A DNA stretch of 64,000 nt, from contig WTHI01000135.1 in assembly GCA_011523185.1 (NCBI GenBank), positions 8,564 through 72,563 of the forward strand, written 5' to 3'. The DNA comes from Methanobacteriota archaeon (GTDB lineage Archaea > Thermoplasmatota > Poseidoniia > Poseidoniales > Thalassarchaeaceae). Made by a program: the position numbers and the translations under genes. Below the pieces are notes generated by a model. It worked only from the letters and a program-made list of their open reading frames with translations. It was not told where the DNA came from and made no database searches. Shown here one piece after another: positions 37,969-46,708 of this stretch (position 1 is its first letter; each line of letters opens with the position of its first letter).

Positions 37969-39057
37969 ATGGGTGTACCGCTGCCCCAAGCAAATGGCAC
38001 TGAAGTGCCGTCCAGCAGCTGTGGAGGTCCGGTCAGGATTAGCGCTGAAGAACGCCGAAAAGCGGAAAGAAAGCGGCTGCCTTCTTGGTTCAAAACTACA
38101 CTCCCTACAGGTAATGCCCAAAGCCGGTTTAATGAGACAAAATCTAATGTCCACGAACACGGGTTGCATACAGTTTGCGAAGAGGCTCGATGCCCAAACA
38201 TACACGATTGTTGGGGTAGAGGGACTGCAACTTTCATGATTGCGGGCGAAGTCTGTACACGAGGATGTAGATTCTGTGCAGTCGGCACAGAGAAAACCCC
38301 TCCTCCTTTGAATCCAAACGAGCCTGCCGAACTCGCTGAAGCTGTTGATAGAATGGGCGTTAGTCACGCTGTAATTACAGTAGTCAATCGTGACGACTTA
38401 GCAGACGGAGGCGCAGAGCATTATCGCAATTGTATCAAAGCAGTACACGAAAGATGCCCTGATGTTGGACTAGAATTACTCTGCTCTGACCTAGATGGGA
38501 ATCTTGAGGCGCTAGCCGTTTTACTCGATGAATTACCGCTCAAAGTTTTCGCCCACAATGTAGAATGTGTGCCCAGGTTGGACTCCACTGTTCGCGACCC
38601 TCGTGCTTCGTTTACACAATCGCTGAATATCCTAAAAGAAGCTAAGCGATTAAGGCCAGATTTGGCAATAAAATCCAGCATAATGGTCGGTGTAGGAGAA
38701 ACCGATGAAGAAGTTGTTGAGGCAATGCAATTGCTAAGAGGGGTTGGAGTTGAGTTAATCACTCTGGGTCAATATCTGCAACCAAGTTGGAAACATCTTG
38801 CAGTCGATAGATTTCCTGAGCCGAAAACTTTCGCTGAGTGGGATCAAGCCGCGAGAGAAATGGGATTCACTGCGGTTGCTAGTGGACCGTTAGTACGCTC
38901 TTCCTACAGAGCAGGTTTGCTTTGGGAAGAAGCAATGGGTGGAGAACCAGTCGTAACAAGAGATTCTACAGGTTCAGCAATTAGCCATTTGAATCCTAGC
39001 AAAGATTTGCTCGCTACCAATGAGGCTCGGTTGTCCTTAGAGCACAAAACAATATGA
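37969..39057 (+). CDS. lipA: Lipoyl synthase (radical SAM)
   Basis: Both cluster motifs are present: CEEARCPNIHDCW (auxiliary 4Fe-4S) and CTRGCRFCAV (radical-SAM CxxxCxxC). RLPSWFK is LipA-like. Confidence 0.9.
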   Translation: MGVPLPQANGTEVPSSSCGGPVRISAEERRKAERKRLPSWFKTTLPTGNAQSRFNETKSNVHEHGLHTVCEEARCPNIHDCWGRGTATFMIAGEVCTRGCRFCAVGTEKTPPPLNPNEPAELAEAVDRMGVSHAVITVVNRDDLADGGAEHYRNCIKAVHERCPDVGLELLCSDLDGNLEALAVLLDELPLKVFAHNVECVPRLDSTVRDPRASFTQSLNILKEAKRLRPDLAIKSSIMVGVGETDEEVVEAMQLLRGVGVELITLGQYLQPSWKHLAVDRFPEPKTFAEWDQAAREMGFTAVASGPLVRSSYRAGLLWEEAMGGEPVVTRDSTGSAISHLNPSKDLLATNEARLSLEHKTI

Positions 39058-39079
39058 AGGAATAATCGGAGGCAAAATT

Positions 39080-40327
39080 ATGGCGGCGAAAAAGAAGAAG
39101 CAAGTAACCTTGCATGTACCCTCCGCCCCCTTCCGGCCAGGAGACAAGGCTAGTTTCGCACCATTCGAAAACGAGCCGGGAGACCTTCCTAGACCCGATC
39201 CCGTAAACTGCACCGCATCTGAAACCACAGATCATGCATACGGGCTTGTAAGAGTACTAGATTTCGAAGGTAATGCTAGTGGACCTTGGAATCCCGACTT
39301 ATCTCCAGATGAGCTTCGTGAAGGCTTGGAACATATGGTTAGAATGCGAATATTCGATGATAGGATGATGAAAATGCAACGTACTGGTAAGTTGTCGTTT
39401 TACATGCGCTCCTATGGAGAAGAGGCTGTTGCAATCGCACAAACCATGGCATTAGAATCTCAGGATTGGATTTTCCCAACCTACAGACAGCCTGGAGCGC
39501 AATTTGTCCGAGGAAGAGACATGGTCAGCATGATCAACCACTGTATTGGCAATGAAGAAGACAACGTGAAGGGTAGGCAAATGCCTGTCCATTACACCTA
39601 CCGCGAGGGGCGTTTTATCTCGGTTTCAAGCCCGGTTGGAACCCAATTTAGTCAAGCCGTAGGTGTTGCAATGGCTTCTCAATACAAGGCCCTCGATGAA
39701 TGCTGTATTACTTGGATAGGAGACGGTTCTAGTGCTGAAGGAGATTACCATTATGCACTCAATTTCGCTTCTGTCTTCAAGCCACCAGTGATTCTCAATA
39801 TCGTAAACAATCAATGGGCTATTTCCACCCATGCTAATCTAGCAAGCGGTAACCCAACATTTGCTGCAAGAGGATTAGCCTACAATGTGCCTTCAATGAG
39901 AGTGGATGGAAATGACTTCTTAGCGCTCTATTCAGTTACTAAATGGGCAAGAGAGCGCGCGGCAGCCGGAGAGGGTGCTACGCATATTGAGGTGCTTACC
40001 TATCGTGCTGGAGCACACTCCTCCAGCGATGACCCTAGTAGATATCGCCCCGGAGACGAGCACGAGGCTTGGCCTGGTGGCGACCCAGTCGACCGATTAG
40101 TTCAACATTTGATTGCAATTGGAGAATGGTCAGAAGAGCAGCAGAATGGGTTAGAGGAGAGAATCGATTCTGAGGTTATGGCCGCTTACAAGGAAGCTGT
40201 TACTTATGGAGATCTGGCCAATGGACCATATCCTTCAGCGGATACAATCTTTACTGAAGTATACGAGGAAGTCCCTTGGCATCTTCAAGAACAATGGGAT
40301 GAAATGAAGAAATGGAGTGAGGACTGA
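39080..40327 (+). CDS. 2-oxoacid dehydrogenase E1 component alpha subunit (TPP-dependent; branched-chain/pyruvate type)
   Basis: YRMMLIRIFDDRMMKMQRTGKLSFY, TPP-binding GDGSSAEGDYHYALNFA and HSSSDDPSRYR motifs typical of E1alpha. Confidence 0.85.
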   Translation: MAAKKKKQVTLHVPSAPFRPGDKASFAPFENEPGDLPRPDPVNCTASETTDHAYGLVRVLDFEGNASGPWNPDLSPDELREGLEHMVRMRIFDDRMMKMQRTGKLSFYMRSYGEEAVAIAQTMALESQDWIFPTYRQPGAQFVRGRDMVSMINHCIGNEEDNVKGRQMPVHYTYREGRFISVSSPVGTQFSQAVGVAMASQYKALDECCITWIGDGSSAEGDYHYALNFASVFKPPVILNIVNNQWAISTHANLASGNPTFAARGLAYNVPSMRVDGNDFLALYSVTKWARERAAAGEGATHIEVLTYRAGAHSSSDDPSRYRPGDEHEAWPGGDPVDRLVQHLIAIGEWSEEQQNGLEERIDSEVMAAYKEAVTYGDLANGPYPSADTIFTEVYEEVPWHLQEQWDEMKKWSED

Positions 40328-41339
40328 AATGACTGAAATGAATATTGTTCAAGCAGTTAATTCCGCTCTAGACATTATGCTGGAGAAAGACCCTGATGTG
40401 ATCTTCTTTGGCGAAGATGCAGGATACTTCGGAGGTGTGTTCCGAACCTCAGATGGTTTGCAAGAAAAACACGGCACACACCGTGTATTCGATACGCCGC
40501 TTTCCGAAGGTGGAATTGCTGCAATAGCATTTGGCATGGGAATCAATGGATTAAGGCCGGTTGCAGAAATCCAATTTGCCGATTACATTTTCCCAGCCTA
40601 TGACCAAATAGTCAATGAAATCGCCAAAGTTAGACATCGATCTGGTGGTGAGTTTTGGTGCCCGCTAACAATCAGAACCCCCGCAGGTGGTGGAATTCGC
40701 GGTGGGCATCATCACTCGCAGAGTCCAGAATCTCAATTTACCCACACTTCTGGGATAAATGTGGTATACACTTCTACACCTTACAATTCCAAGGGCCTAC
40801 TTATTTCTGCGATTGAATCCAACGACCCCGTTGTAGTATTTGAGCCCAAGCGATGTTACCGAGGGCCTTTCTATGGCGACCCACATAATGTCCCAACCTG
40901 GAAAGATCACCCAGAGGCCGAAGTCCCAGAGGCGCATTATACAGTGCCACTTGGTGAAGCAAGGCTTGCAATGGAGGGTACTGACTGCACAGTTATTTCT
41001 TGGGGCGCAATGGTCCACGTAAGCGAACAGGCAATCAAAGACAGTGGAGTTAGTTGCGACCTAATTGATTTGCAAACTTTGGTGCCTTGGGATAAAGATG
41101 CGATTGTAAAATCGATAGAAAAAACTGGACGTTGTGTTATAGTTCACGAAGCACCGAAAACTAGTGGATTTGGAGCAGAAATGGCAGCCAGTGTTCAGGA
41201 GAGATGCTTCTACCACTTGGAAGCACCAATAGAGAGAGTCACGGGATGGGACACGCCGTTCCCGCACACAACAGAATGGGATTATATGCCCAGTCCGGCG
41301 AGAATCGCCGATGCAATAAAGAAAACAATGGAGGAATGA
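40317..41339 (+). CDS. 2-oxoacid dehydrogenase E1 component beta subunit
   Basis: Transketolase-like EDAGYFGGVFRTSDGL and ...EGGIAAIAFGMGINGLRPVAEIQFADYIF. The start may instead be the ATG at 40329 (MTEMNIV), two nt after the E1alpha stop. A 9-nt tandem duplication (actgaaatg x2) is present at the junction. Confidence 0.85.
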   Translation: MRTEMTEMNIVQAVNSALDIMLEKDPDVIFFGEDAGYFGGVFRTSDGLQEKHGTHRVFDTPLSEGGIAAIAFGMGINGLRPVAEIQFADYIFPAYDQIVNEIAKVRHRSGGEFWCPLTIRTPAGGGIRGGHHHSQSPESQFTHTSGINVVYTSTPYNSKGLLISAIESNDPVVVFEPKRCYRGPFYGDPHNVPTWKDHPEAEVPEAHYTVPLGEARLAMEGTDCTVISWGAMVHVSEQAIKDSGVSCDLIDLQTLVPWDKDAIVKSIEKTGRCVIVHEAPKTSGFGAEMAASVQERCFYHLEAPIERVTGWDTPFPHTTEWDYMPSPARIADAIKKTMEE

Positions 41340-42661
41340 AAATGACAAATCGCGTATTCAAACTACCAGATATCGGAGAAGGAGTAGTAGAAGGAGAAGT
41401 CGTGCAATGGCACGTATCCGTTGGAGATTCTGTCTCCGAAGATGATGCACTTGTAGATGTAATGACAGATAAGGCAACTGTGACAATACCCTCACCTCAT
41501 GATGGGACAATATCCGCTCTACATGGTGGAGTGGGTGACATGGTTGCGGTTGGTGCTACATTGGTTGAATTCGGAGAGGGTGGCGATAGCCCAGTCGAAT
41601 CGGTTGAGCAAAAAGAACCAGCTCCGGAAAAAACCGTTGAGCCAGAAGTTGAAGCCGAGCCGGAGCCAGAAAAAACACCTCCACCTGTGGCCACTGAACC
41701 GGTTGCACCTCCACCTGTGCCAGCAATTTCAACACCCGCTCCATTACCAGCGGTTTCCAAACCAACTGAAAGCAGTGGTGGGTCTGGAGGTAAAGCGCTT
41801 GCCAGTCCCGCTGTTCGCAGGCGTGCACGCGAGGCAGGTGTCGATCTAGCATCAGTTCGCGGTAGCGGACCAGCGGGTCGAATTCGTCACGCAGACCTTG
41901 ATGCATTCATCGCTGCTGGAGGTATGGTACAAGGCGCGGCTCCAGTCGCTTACACTACTCGAAGAAGTGATGTTGAGGAAATTAAGGTAGTTGGATTGAG
42001 AAGAAAGATTGCCGAAGCAATGACCATCTCCAAGCGCCATATTCCACATTTCTCTTACTTTGAGGAAATCGATGTTACAGAATTGGAGGAGTTACGACAA
42101 TTCCTTAATGCAACAAAATCCCCAGAACAGCCGAAATTGACCTATCTTCCATTCATTATGATGGCTCTAGCGAAAATAATGCCAAATCATCCTGAATGCA
42201 ATGGACATTATGACGAAGCAAATGGAATTGCTCGCAGGTATGGCGCTGTTAACTTAGGAATCGCAACCCAAACCGATAGAGGACTATTCGTCCCTGTGGT
42301 AAAACACGCTGAAGCGATGGATGTTTGGCAGGCAGCCGCAGAAATGCAAAGAGTATCTGGGGCGGCCAGAGATGGAACTGCTTCGCTTGACGACCTAACT
42401 GGCTCTACCTTCACAATTACTAGCCTCGGAAGAGATGGGGGACTTGGAGCGACTCCGATAATCAACCACCCAGAGGTAGCCATACTAGGCGTTCACAAAG
42501 CACGTGAAATGCCTGTTGTTAGAAAAGGCGAAATTGTGGTTCGCAGAATTATGAATGTATCTAGCTCATTTGATCATAGAATCGTCGATGGGGCTGATGG
42601 AGCAGCCCTAGTGCAGTCACTCAAGCGGATGCTTGAACATCCTGCACTAATCTTCATGTGA
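41336..42661 (+). CDS. Dihydrolipoamide acyltransferase (E2) with N-terminal lipoyl domain, Pro/Ala/Glu linker and peripheral-subunit-binding domain
   Basis: Lipoyl-lysine context DVMTDKATVTIPSP; PSBD ASPAVRRRAREAGVDL; catalytic DHRIVDGA. The start overlaps the E1beta stop (ATGA). Confidence 0.85.
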   Translation: MKMTNRVFKLPDIGEGVVEGEVVQWHVSVGDSVSEDDALVDVMTDKATVTIPSPHDGTISALHGGVGDMVAVGATLVEFGEGGDSPVESVEQKEPAPEKTVEPEVEAEPEPEKTPPPVATEPVAPPPVPAISTPAPLPAVSKPTESSGGSGGKALASPAVRRRAREAGVDLASVRGSGPAGRIRHADLDAFIAAGGMVQGAAPVAYTTRRSDVEEIKVVGLRRKIAEAMTISKRHIPHFSYFEEIDVTELEELRQFLNATKSPEQPKLTYLPFIMMALAKIMPNHPECNGHYDEANGIARRYGAVNLGIATQTDRGLFVPVVKHAEAMDVWQAAAEMQRVSGAARDGTASLDDLTGSTFTITSLGRDGGLGATPIINHPEVAILGVHKAREMPVVRKGEIVVRRIMNVSSSFDHRIVDGADGAALVQSLKRMLEHPALIFM

Positions 42662-42670
42662 GGGGGGAAA

Positions 42671-44107
42671 ATGACTGAAACTCGCAAATGTAAGGTGCTC
42701 GTAGTAGGAGCAGGACCTGGAGGATATGTTGCCGCAATTCGCAGTGCCCAACTGGGCTTAGACACGGTTATTGTTGAAGGAGATAAAGCAGGTGGAACCT
42801 GTTTGATTAGGGGCTGTATTCCAAGCAAAGCAATTATCCACGCTGCTGAGAGATTCGAATCCCTACAGCAACACGCAAGTGAAGGAGGCCATATGGGGCT
42901 ATCTCTGGCCTCAGAGCCTGAAATTGACATGGCTGCTTTGGTCGGTTGGAAAGATGCCATAGTAGAACGATTGAACAAAGGTGTAGAGGCACTTTTGAAA
43001 GGCGCTGGGGCAGAATTAGTGAAGGGTTGGGCGACCTTTACGGGACCAAAGAAATGCACTGTAGAAACTTCTGACGGGGCTCTTGAAATTGAGGCTGAAA
43101 ACGTAATTATCGCAACCGGTTCAAGTCATATCGACTTACCATTCATGCCCTGTGACGAGGAATTTGTACTATCTTCTACCGGTGCTTTGGATCTACAAAA
43201 ATTACCAAAATCTGCCGCTATTGTAGGCGGTGGTTACATTGGACTAGAATTGGGTTGTGCTCTAGCGAAATTGGGGACAGATGTTACCGTTGTAGAAGGA
43301 ATGGATTCAATTCTTGGAATAATGGACAAAGAAATTCGAAGACCGCTCGAAATTTGGTTGAAAAAACATAAGGTTGCAGTTCATACAAATGCTCTGGCAC
43401 GTGGTACTGAAATCAAAGGCAAAGGAGCAAGTCGCAAGGCGCATTTGACCTTTGAGAAGGATGGAGAAGAGCAGACAATCAAAGTCGATAAGGTGCTAGT
43501 AACTGTTGGTAGAAGTCCGAATACCAAAGGATGGGGATTGGAAAATACGGGTGTCAGGATGGACACAGGAGGGCGATTCATTCGTATCGACCGACAATGT
43601 AGAACCAATGTACCAGGTGTTTACGCCATAGGCGATGTAGCGGGTGAACCTATGTTGGCCCACAAGGCCTCTTCTCAAGGCGAAATGGTGGCTGAAATTC
43701 TAGCAGGACATAACAGAGATTTCGATAAGGTGGCGATTCCAGCAATCGTCTTTACCGAGCCTGAAATCGTCTCTGTTGGATTGTCTCCTGATGAAGCCAA
43801 GGAAAGAGGAGAAGAAATCATAACAGGAAAATTCCCTCTAGCAGCAAACGGTCGAGCACTAACATTGGAAGCTGAGAAAACAGCTGGATTCATTCGAGTT
43901 ACCGCTCGTGAATCCGACCATGTCATTCTTGGTATTCAGGCCGTTGGAAGCCACGTTGCTGAATTACATGGTGAATTCGTTCTAGCGCTAGAAATGGGGG
44001 CTTTATTGGAAGATATCGCTGATACTGTTCATGCACATCCGACAATGACTGAGGCCTTCCACGAAGGAGTATTGAAGACCCTAGGTCACGCTATCCACTC
44101 TGCATGA
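42671..44107 (+). CDS. lpdA: Dihydrolipoamide dehydrogenase (E3)
   Basis: FAD motif VVGAGPGGYVAAIR, redox-active disulfide GGTCLIRGCIPSK and C-terminal HAHPTMTEA. Confidence 0.9.
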   Translation: MTETRKCKVLVVGAGPGGYVAAIRSAQLGLDTVIVEGDKAGGTCLIRGCIPSKAIIHAAERFESLQQHASEGGHMGLSLASEPEIDMAALVGWKDAIVERLNKGVEALLKGAGAELVKGWATFTGPKKCTVETSDGALEIEAENVIIATGSSHIDLPFMPCDEEFVLSSTGALDLQKLPKSAAIVGGGYIGLELGCALAKLGTDVTVVEGMDSILGIMDKEIRRPLEIWLKKHKVAVHTNALARGTEIKGKGASRKAHLTFEKDGEEQTIKVDKVLVTVGRSPNTKGWGLENTGVRMDTGGRFIRIDRQCRTNVPGVYAIGDVAGEPMLAHKASSQGEMVAEILAGHNRDFDKVAIPAIVFTEPEIVSVGLSPDEAKERGEEIITGKFPLAANGRALTLEAEKTAGFIRVTARESDHVILGIQAVGSHVAELHGEFVLALEMGALLEDIADTVHAHPTMTEAFHEGVLKTLGHAIHSA

Positions 44108-44814
44108 TTCAAAATGGAGGGTCGTTTTTGCTAAAATTGCAAATCCTGAGAGCCGAAATTGAATCACATGAAGCAGTCGATGCGGCCATGTCGAAGCTAC
44201 AAGAAAAACGAATCCTAGATGAGATTCCGGATACCTTGATTCTAGTACAGCATCCAGAGGTGGTAACACTTGGCCCGAAGGCGGAAAGAGATGGAGCCTT
44301 GGAGGATCCCGCGCTATCGGATTATCCAACGAGAGTCGTAGATAGAGGAGGAGGTATGACTTATCATGGACCTGGTCAATTGGTTGTTTATCCAATAATC
44401 AAGTGGCAAGTTGGGGAACAGTCCGTTCGAAAGATAATCAATCGACTTGAGGATTGGGTCATGGCGGCTCTTGCTGATTGTGGGATAGAAGGATATCGCG
44501 ATGAAAGGATGATGGGTGTTTGGTTGGAAGGATACAAAGTGTGTTCCATTGGACTGGCATTCAAGCATTGGGTAAGCCGCCATGGTCTCGCTCTAAATTA
44601 CAATACGAATCCTAACCGAGTAGAGGCCCTTTCTTGTTGCGGGCTTCCTGCTGGCATGACCACTTCCCTGCAAGCCCTCGGCCACACCCATGACCTTGAA
44701 GGGAGATTTCTAGAGCGTGCACGGTTGGAAGAAGCATTGCTAGTTCTTGCCGAACAATTTCTCGATAGGGTGCCAATGCAACCCGAAGATTGGACTGTGG
44801 AGTTGGTTGTATGA
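44104..44814 (+). CDS. lipB: Octanoyltransferase (lipoate-protein ligase B)
   Basis: YHGPGQLVVYPII, the catalytic-Cys context KVCSIGLAFKHWVSRHGLALN and GLPAGMTTSL. Colinear with E. coli LipB. ATGA overlap with lpdA. Confidence 0.75.
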   Translation: MIQNGGSFLLKLQILRAEIESHEAVDAAMSKLQEKRILDEIPDTLILVQHPEVVTLGPKAERDGALEDPALSDYPTRVVDRGGGMTYHGPGQLVVYPIIKWQVGEQSVRKIINRLEDWVMAALADCGIEGYRDERMMGVWLEGYKVCSIGLAFKHWVSRHGLALNYNTNPNRVEALSCCGLPAGMTTSLQALGHTHDLEGRFLERARLEEALLVLAEQFLDRVPMQPEDWTVELVV

Positions 44815-45995
44815 GACCAAATAGAAGCCATTTGGAGAAATATTGGTCTCTGGACCCTGATGTGACTTTCCTAAACCACGGTTCCTTCGGCGCTACTCCA
44901 AATATGGTGTTGGAAGAACAAAATCGATTGAGATTACATCTAGAATCAGATCCTGTTCGGTTCTTCGAAAGAGAGGCTTTCGAAAATATGAATTTTGCAA
45001 GCCGTAAACTCTCAAAATTTCTCAATGCAGATCCCGATGGCATGACCTTTTGTCAAAATGCCACCAGTGGGGTAAATACTGTGCTTCGAAGTTTGGTTCT
45101 AAACCGAGGAGACGAAATAATCATTCCAAATCATTCGTATCAAGCATGTTGGAATGCAATCGATTTCGTAGCATCCAGATGGGGCGCTAAGGTTGTGGTA
45201 GTAGAATTGCCATTTAGATGCGATTCAGAAGAAGAAATCATTGAACCCTTGTTGGCTGCAATTTCACCTAAAACAGTTCTAGCAATGATTGACACAGTAA
45301 CAAGCCCCACGGGACTTAGAATGCCATTCGAGAAACTTATCGATGAATTTCAATCGAGGGGAGTCGATGTTTTGCTTGATGCAGCACACGGCCCAGGCAT
45401 AGTTCCAATGGATTTGGCTAAATTAGATGTGGCTTGGGTGACTGGAAACTGTCACAAATGGCTCTGTAGCCCGAAAGGGTCCGCATTCCTACACATTAGA
45501 GAAGACAAGAAAAAGGAAACTAAACCACTAACAATCAGTCATGGACATAGTGCAGATTTATCCGCTCAAGAAAAATTCAGATTCGAATTTGATTGGCAAG
45601 GAACTAGAGACCCTACCGCAATTCTGTGTATTCCTAAATCCATTGAGAGTCTCGAATCAATGGTTTCAGGAGGATTTGATGAAATTATGGAGCGTAACAA
45701 TTCTCTCGCTTTGAAAGCAAGAAACCTTCTTTGCGAGAGTTTGGGCACCGACCCTCCAACTCCAGATTCGATGATATCTGCAATGGCTACAATCGACCTA
45801 CCAGGGACATATTCAGGAGGTGCAGACATTATGGGAGACCCACTTCACAACAAACTGCTCGATGAATTCGGCATCCAAGTTCCAGTGTTCCCTTGGCCAC
45901 ACCACGAAATGAGATATTTCCGAATTTCTGCTTATCTTTACAATGCTATTGAAGAGTATGAATACCTAGCAGAAATTTTGCAAGAAAATCTCTAA
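44811..45995 (+). CDS. Class-V (PLP) aminotransferase-fold protein, cysteine desulfurase/isopenicillin-N-epimerase-like
   Basis: N-terminus ...LNHGSFGATP..., a mid-region HK (GNCHKWLCSPKG) Lys-containing motif and about 395 aa. The start overlaps the lipB stop as ATGA. The longest ORF begins at 44790. Confidence 0.6.
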   Translation: MRPNRSHLEKYWSLDPDVTFLNHGSFGATPNMVLEEQNRLRLHLESDPVRFFEREAFENMNFASRKLSKFLNADPDGMTFCQNATSGVNTVLRSLVLNRGDEIIIPNHSYQACWNAIDFVASRWGAKVVVVELPFRCDSEEEIIEPLLAAISPKTVLAMIDTVTSPTGLRMPFEKLIDEFQSRGVDVLLDAAHGPGIVPMDLAKLDVAWVTGNCHKWLCSPKGSAFLHIREDKKKETKPLTISHGHSADLSAQEKFRFEFDWQGTRDPTAILCIPKSIESLESMVSGGFDEIMERNNSLALKARNLLCESLGTDPPTPDSMISAMATIDLPGTYSGGADIMGDPLHNKLLDEFGIQVPVFPWPHHEMRYFRISAYLYNAIEEYEYLAEILQENL

Positions 45996-46036
45996 ATTAC
46001 TATTTTCATTAATACATGAATAGAAGTAGTTGATAA

Positions 46037-46654
46037 TTGACCGACCAAATGCTCGAGGAGACAAATGAGGGTGAAATGATGGGTGAAGCAGTTGTTGCAA
46101 TTACCGGCGCATCGGGAGCACGATATGGAGTTAGACTATTGGAAGCTCTTAGCGAAGCAGGTTGGAAAACCCACCTGATTGTGACTCGCGAAGGGGCATT
46201 GAATCTAGAATTAGAATGTGGCAAATCTCCAGAAGATCTGGCCAATGATTCTGTGATTTTGGAAAATAACAACAATCTTGCTGCCAAATCAGCATCAGGA
46301 TCTGCCCGTTTTGATGCATACATTGTCTGCCCCGCAAGTGGAACGACAATTGGAAAAATAGCAAATGGGATTTCAGACAATCTAGCAACCAGAAGTGCAT
46401 TGGTTGCGATGAAAGAGAGGCGAAAACTCATCCTAGTACCTAGGGAAGCACCCTATGCAACACCTCATCTAAGAGCAATGGCGAATCTTTCTGAATGGGG
46501 TGTGGTAATTCTTCCTGCAAGCCCCGGATTTTACAATAAACCTCAGACACTTGAGGATATGGTCGACTTCATCGTGGCTAGAATCCTTGATCAATTAAAT
46601 ATCGATCATGAAATTGGAAAACGCTGGACTGGAGATGAAATCGGCTCTCAGTGA
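46037..46654 (+). CDS. ubiX: Flavin prenyltransferase UbiX/Pad1 family
   Basis: VVAITGASGARYGVRLLEAL, ...AYIVCPASGTTIGKIANG... and KERRKLILVPREAPY are colinear with E. coli UbiX. The true start is probably the internal MMGEAV at about 46076. Confidence 0.8.
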   Translation: MTDQMLEETNEGEMMGEAVVAITGASGARYGVRLLEALSEAGWKTHLIVTREGALNLELECGKSPEDLANDSVILENNNNLAAKSASGSARFDAYIVCPASGTTIGKIANGISDNLATRSALVAMKERRKLILVPREAPYATPHLRAMANLSEWGVVILPASPGFYNKPQTLEDMVDFIVARILDQLNIDHEIGKRWTGDEIGSQ

Positions 46655-46708
46655 ACCGATTCATATTATGCTCCAGTACAGGTTGGGTTCAAGAGTGAGG
46701 CATCAGCC

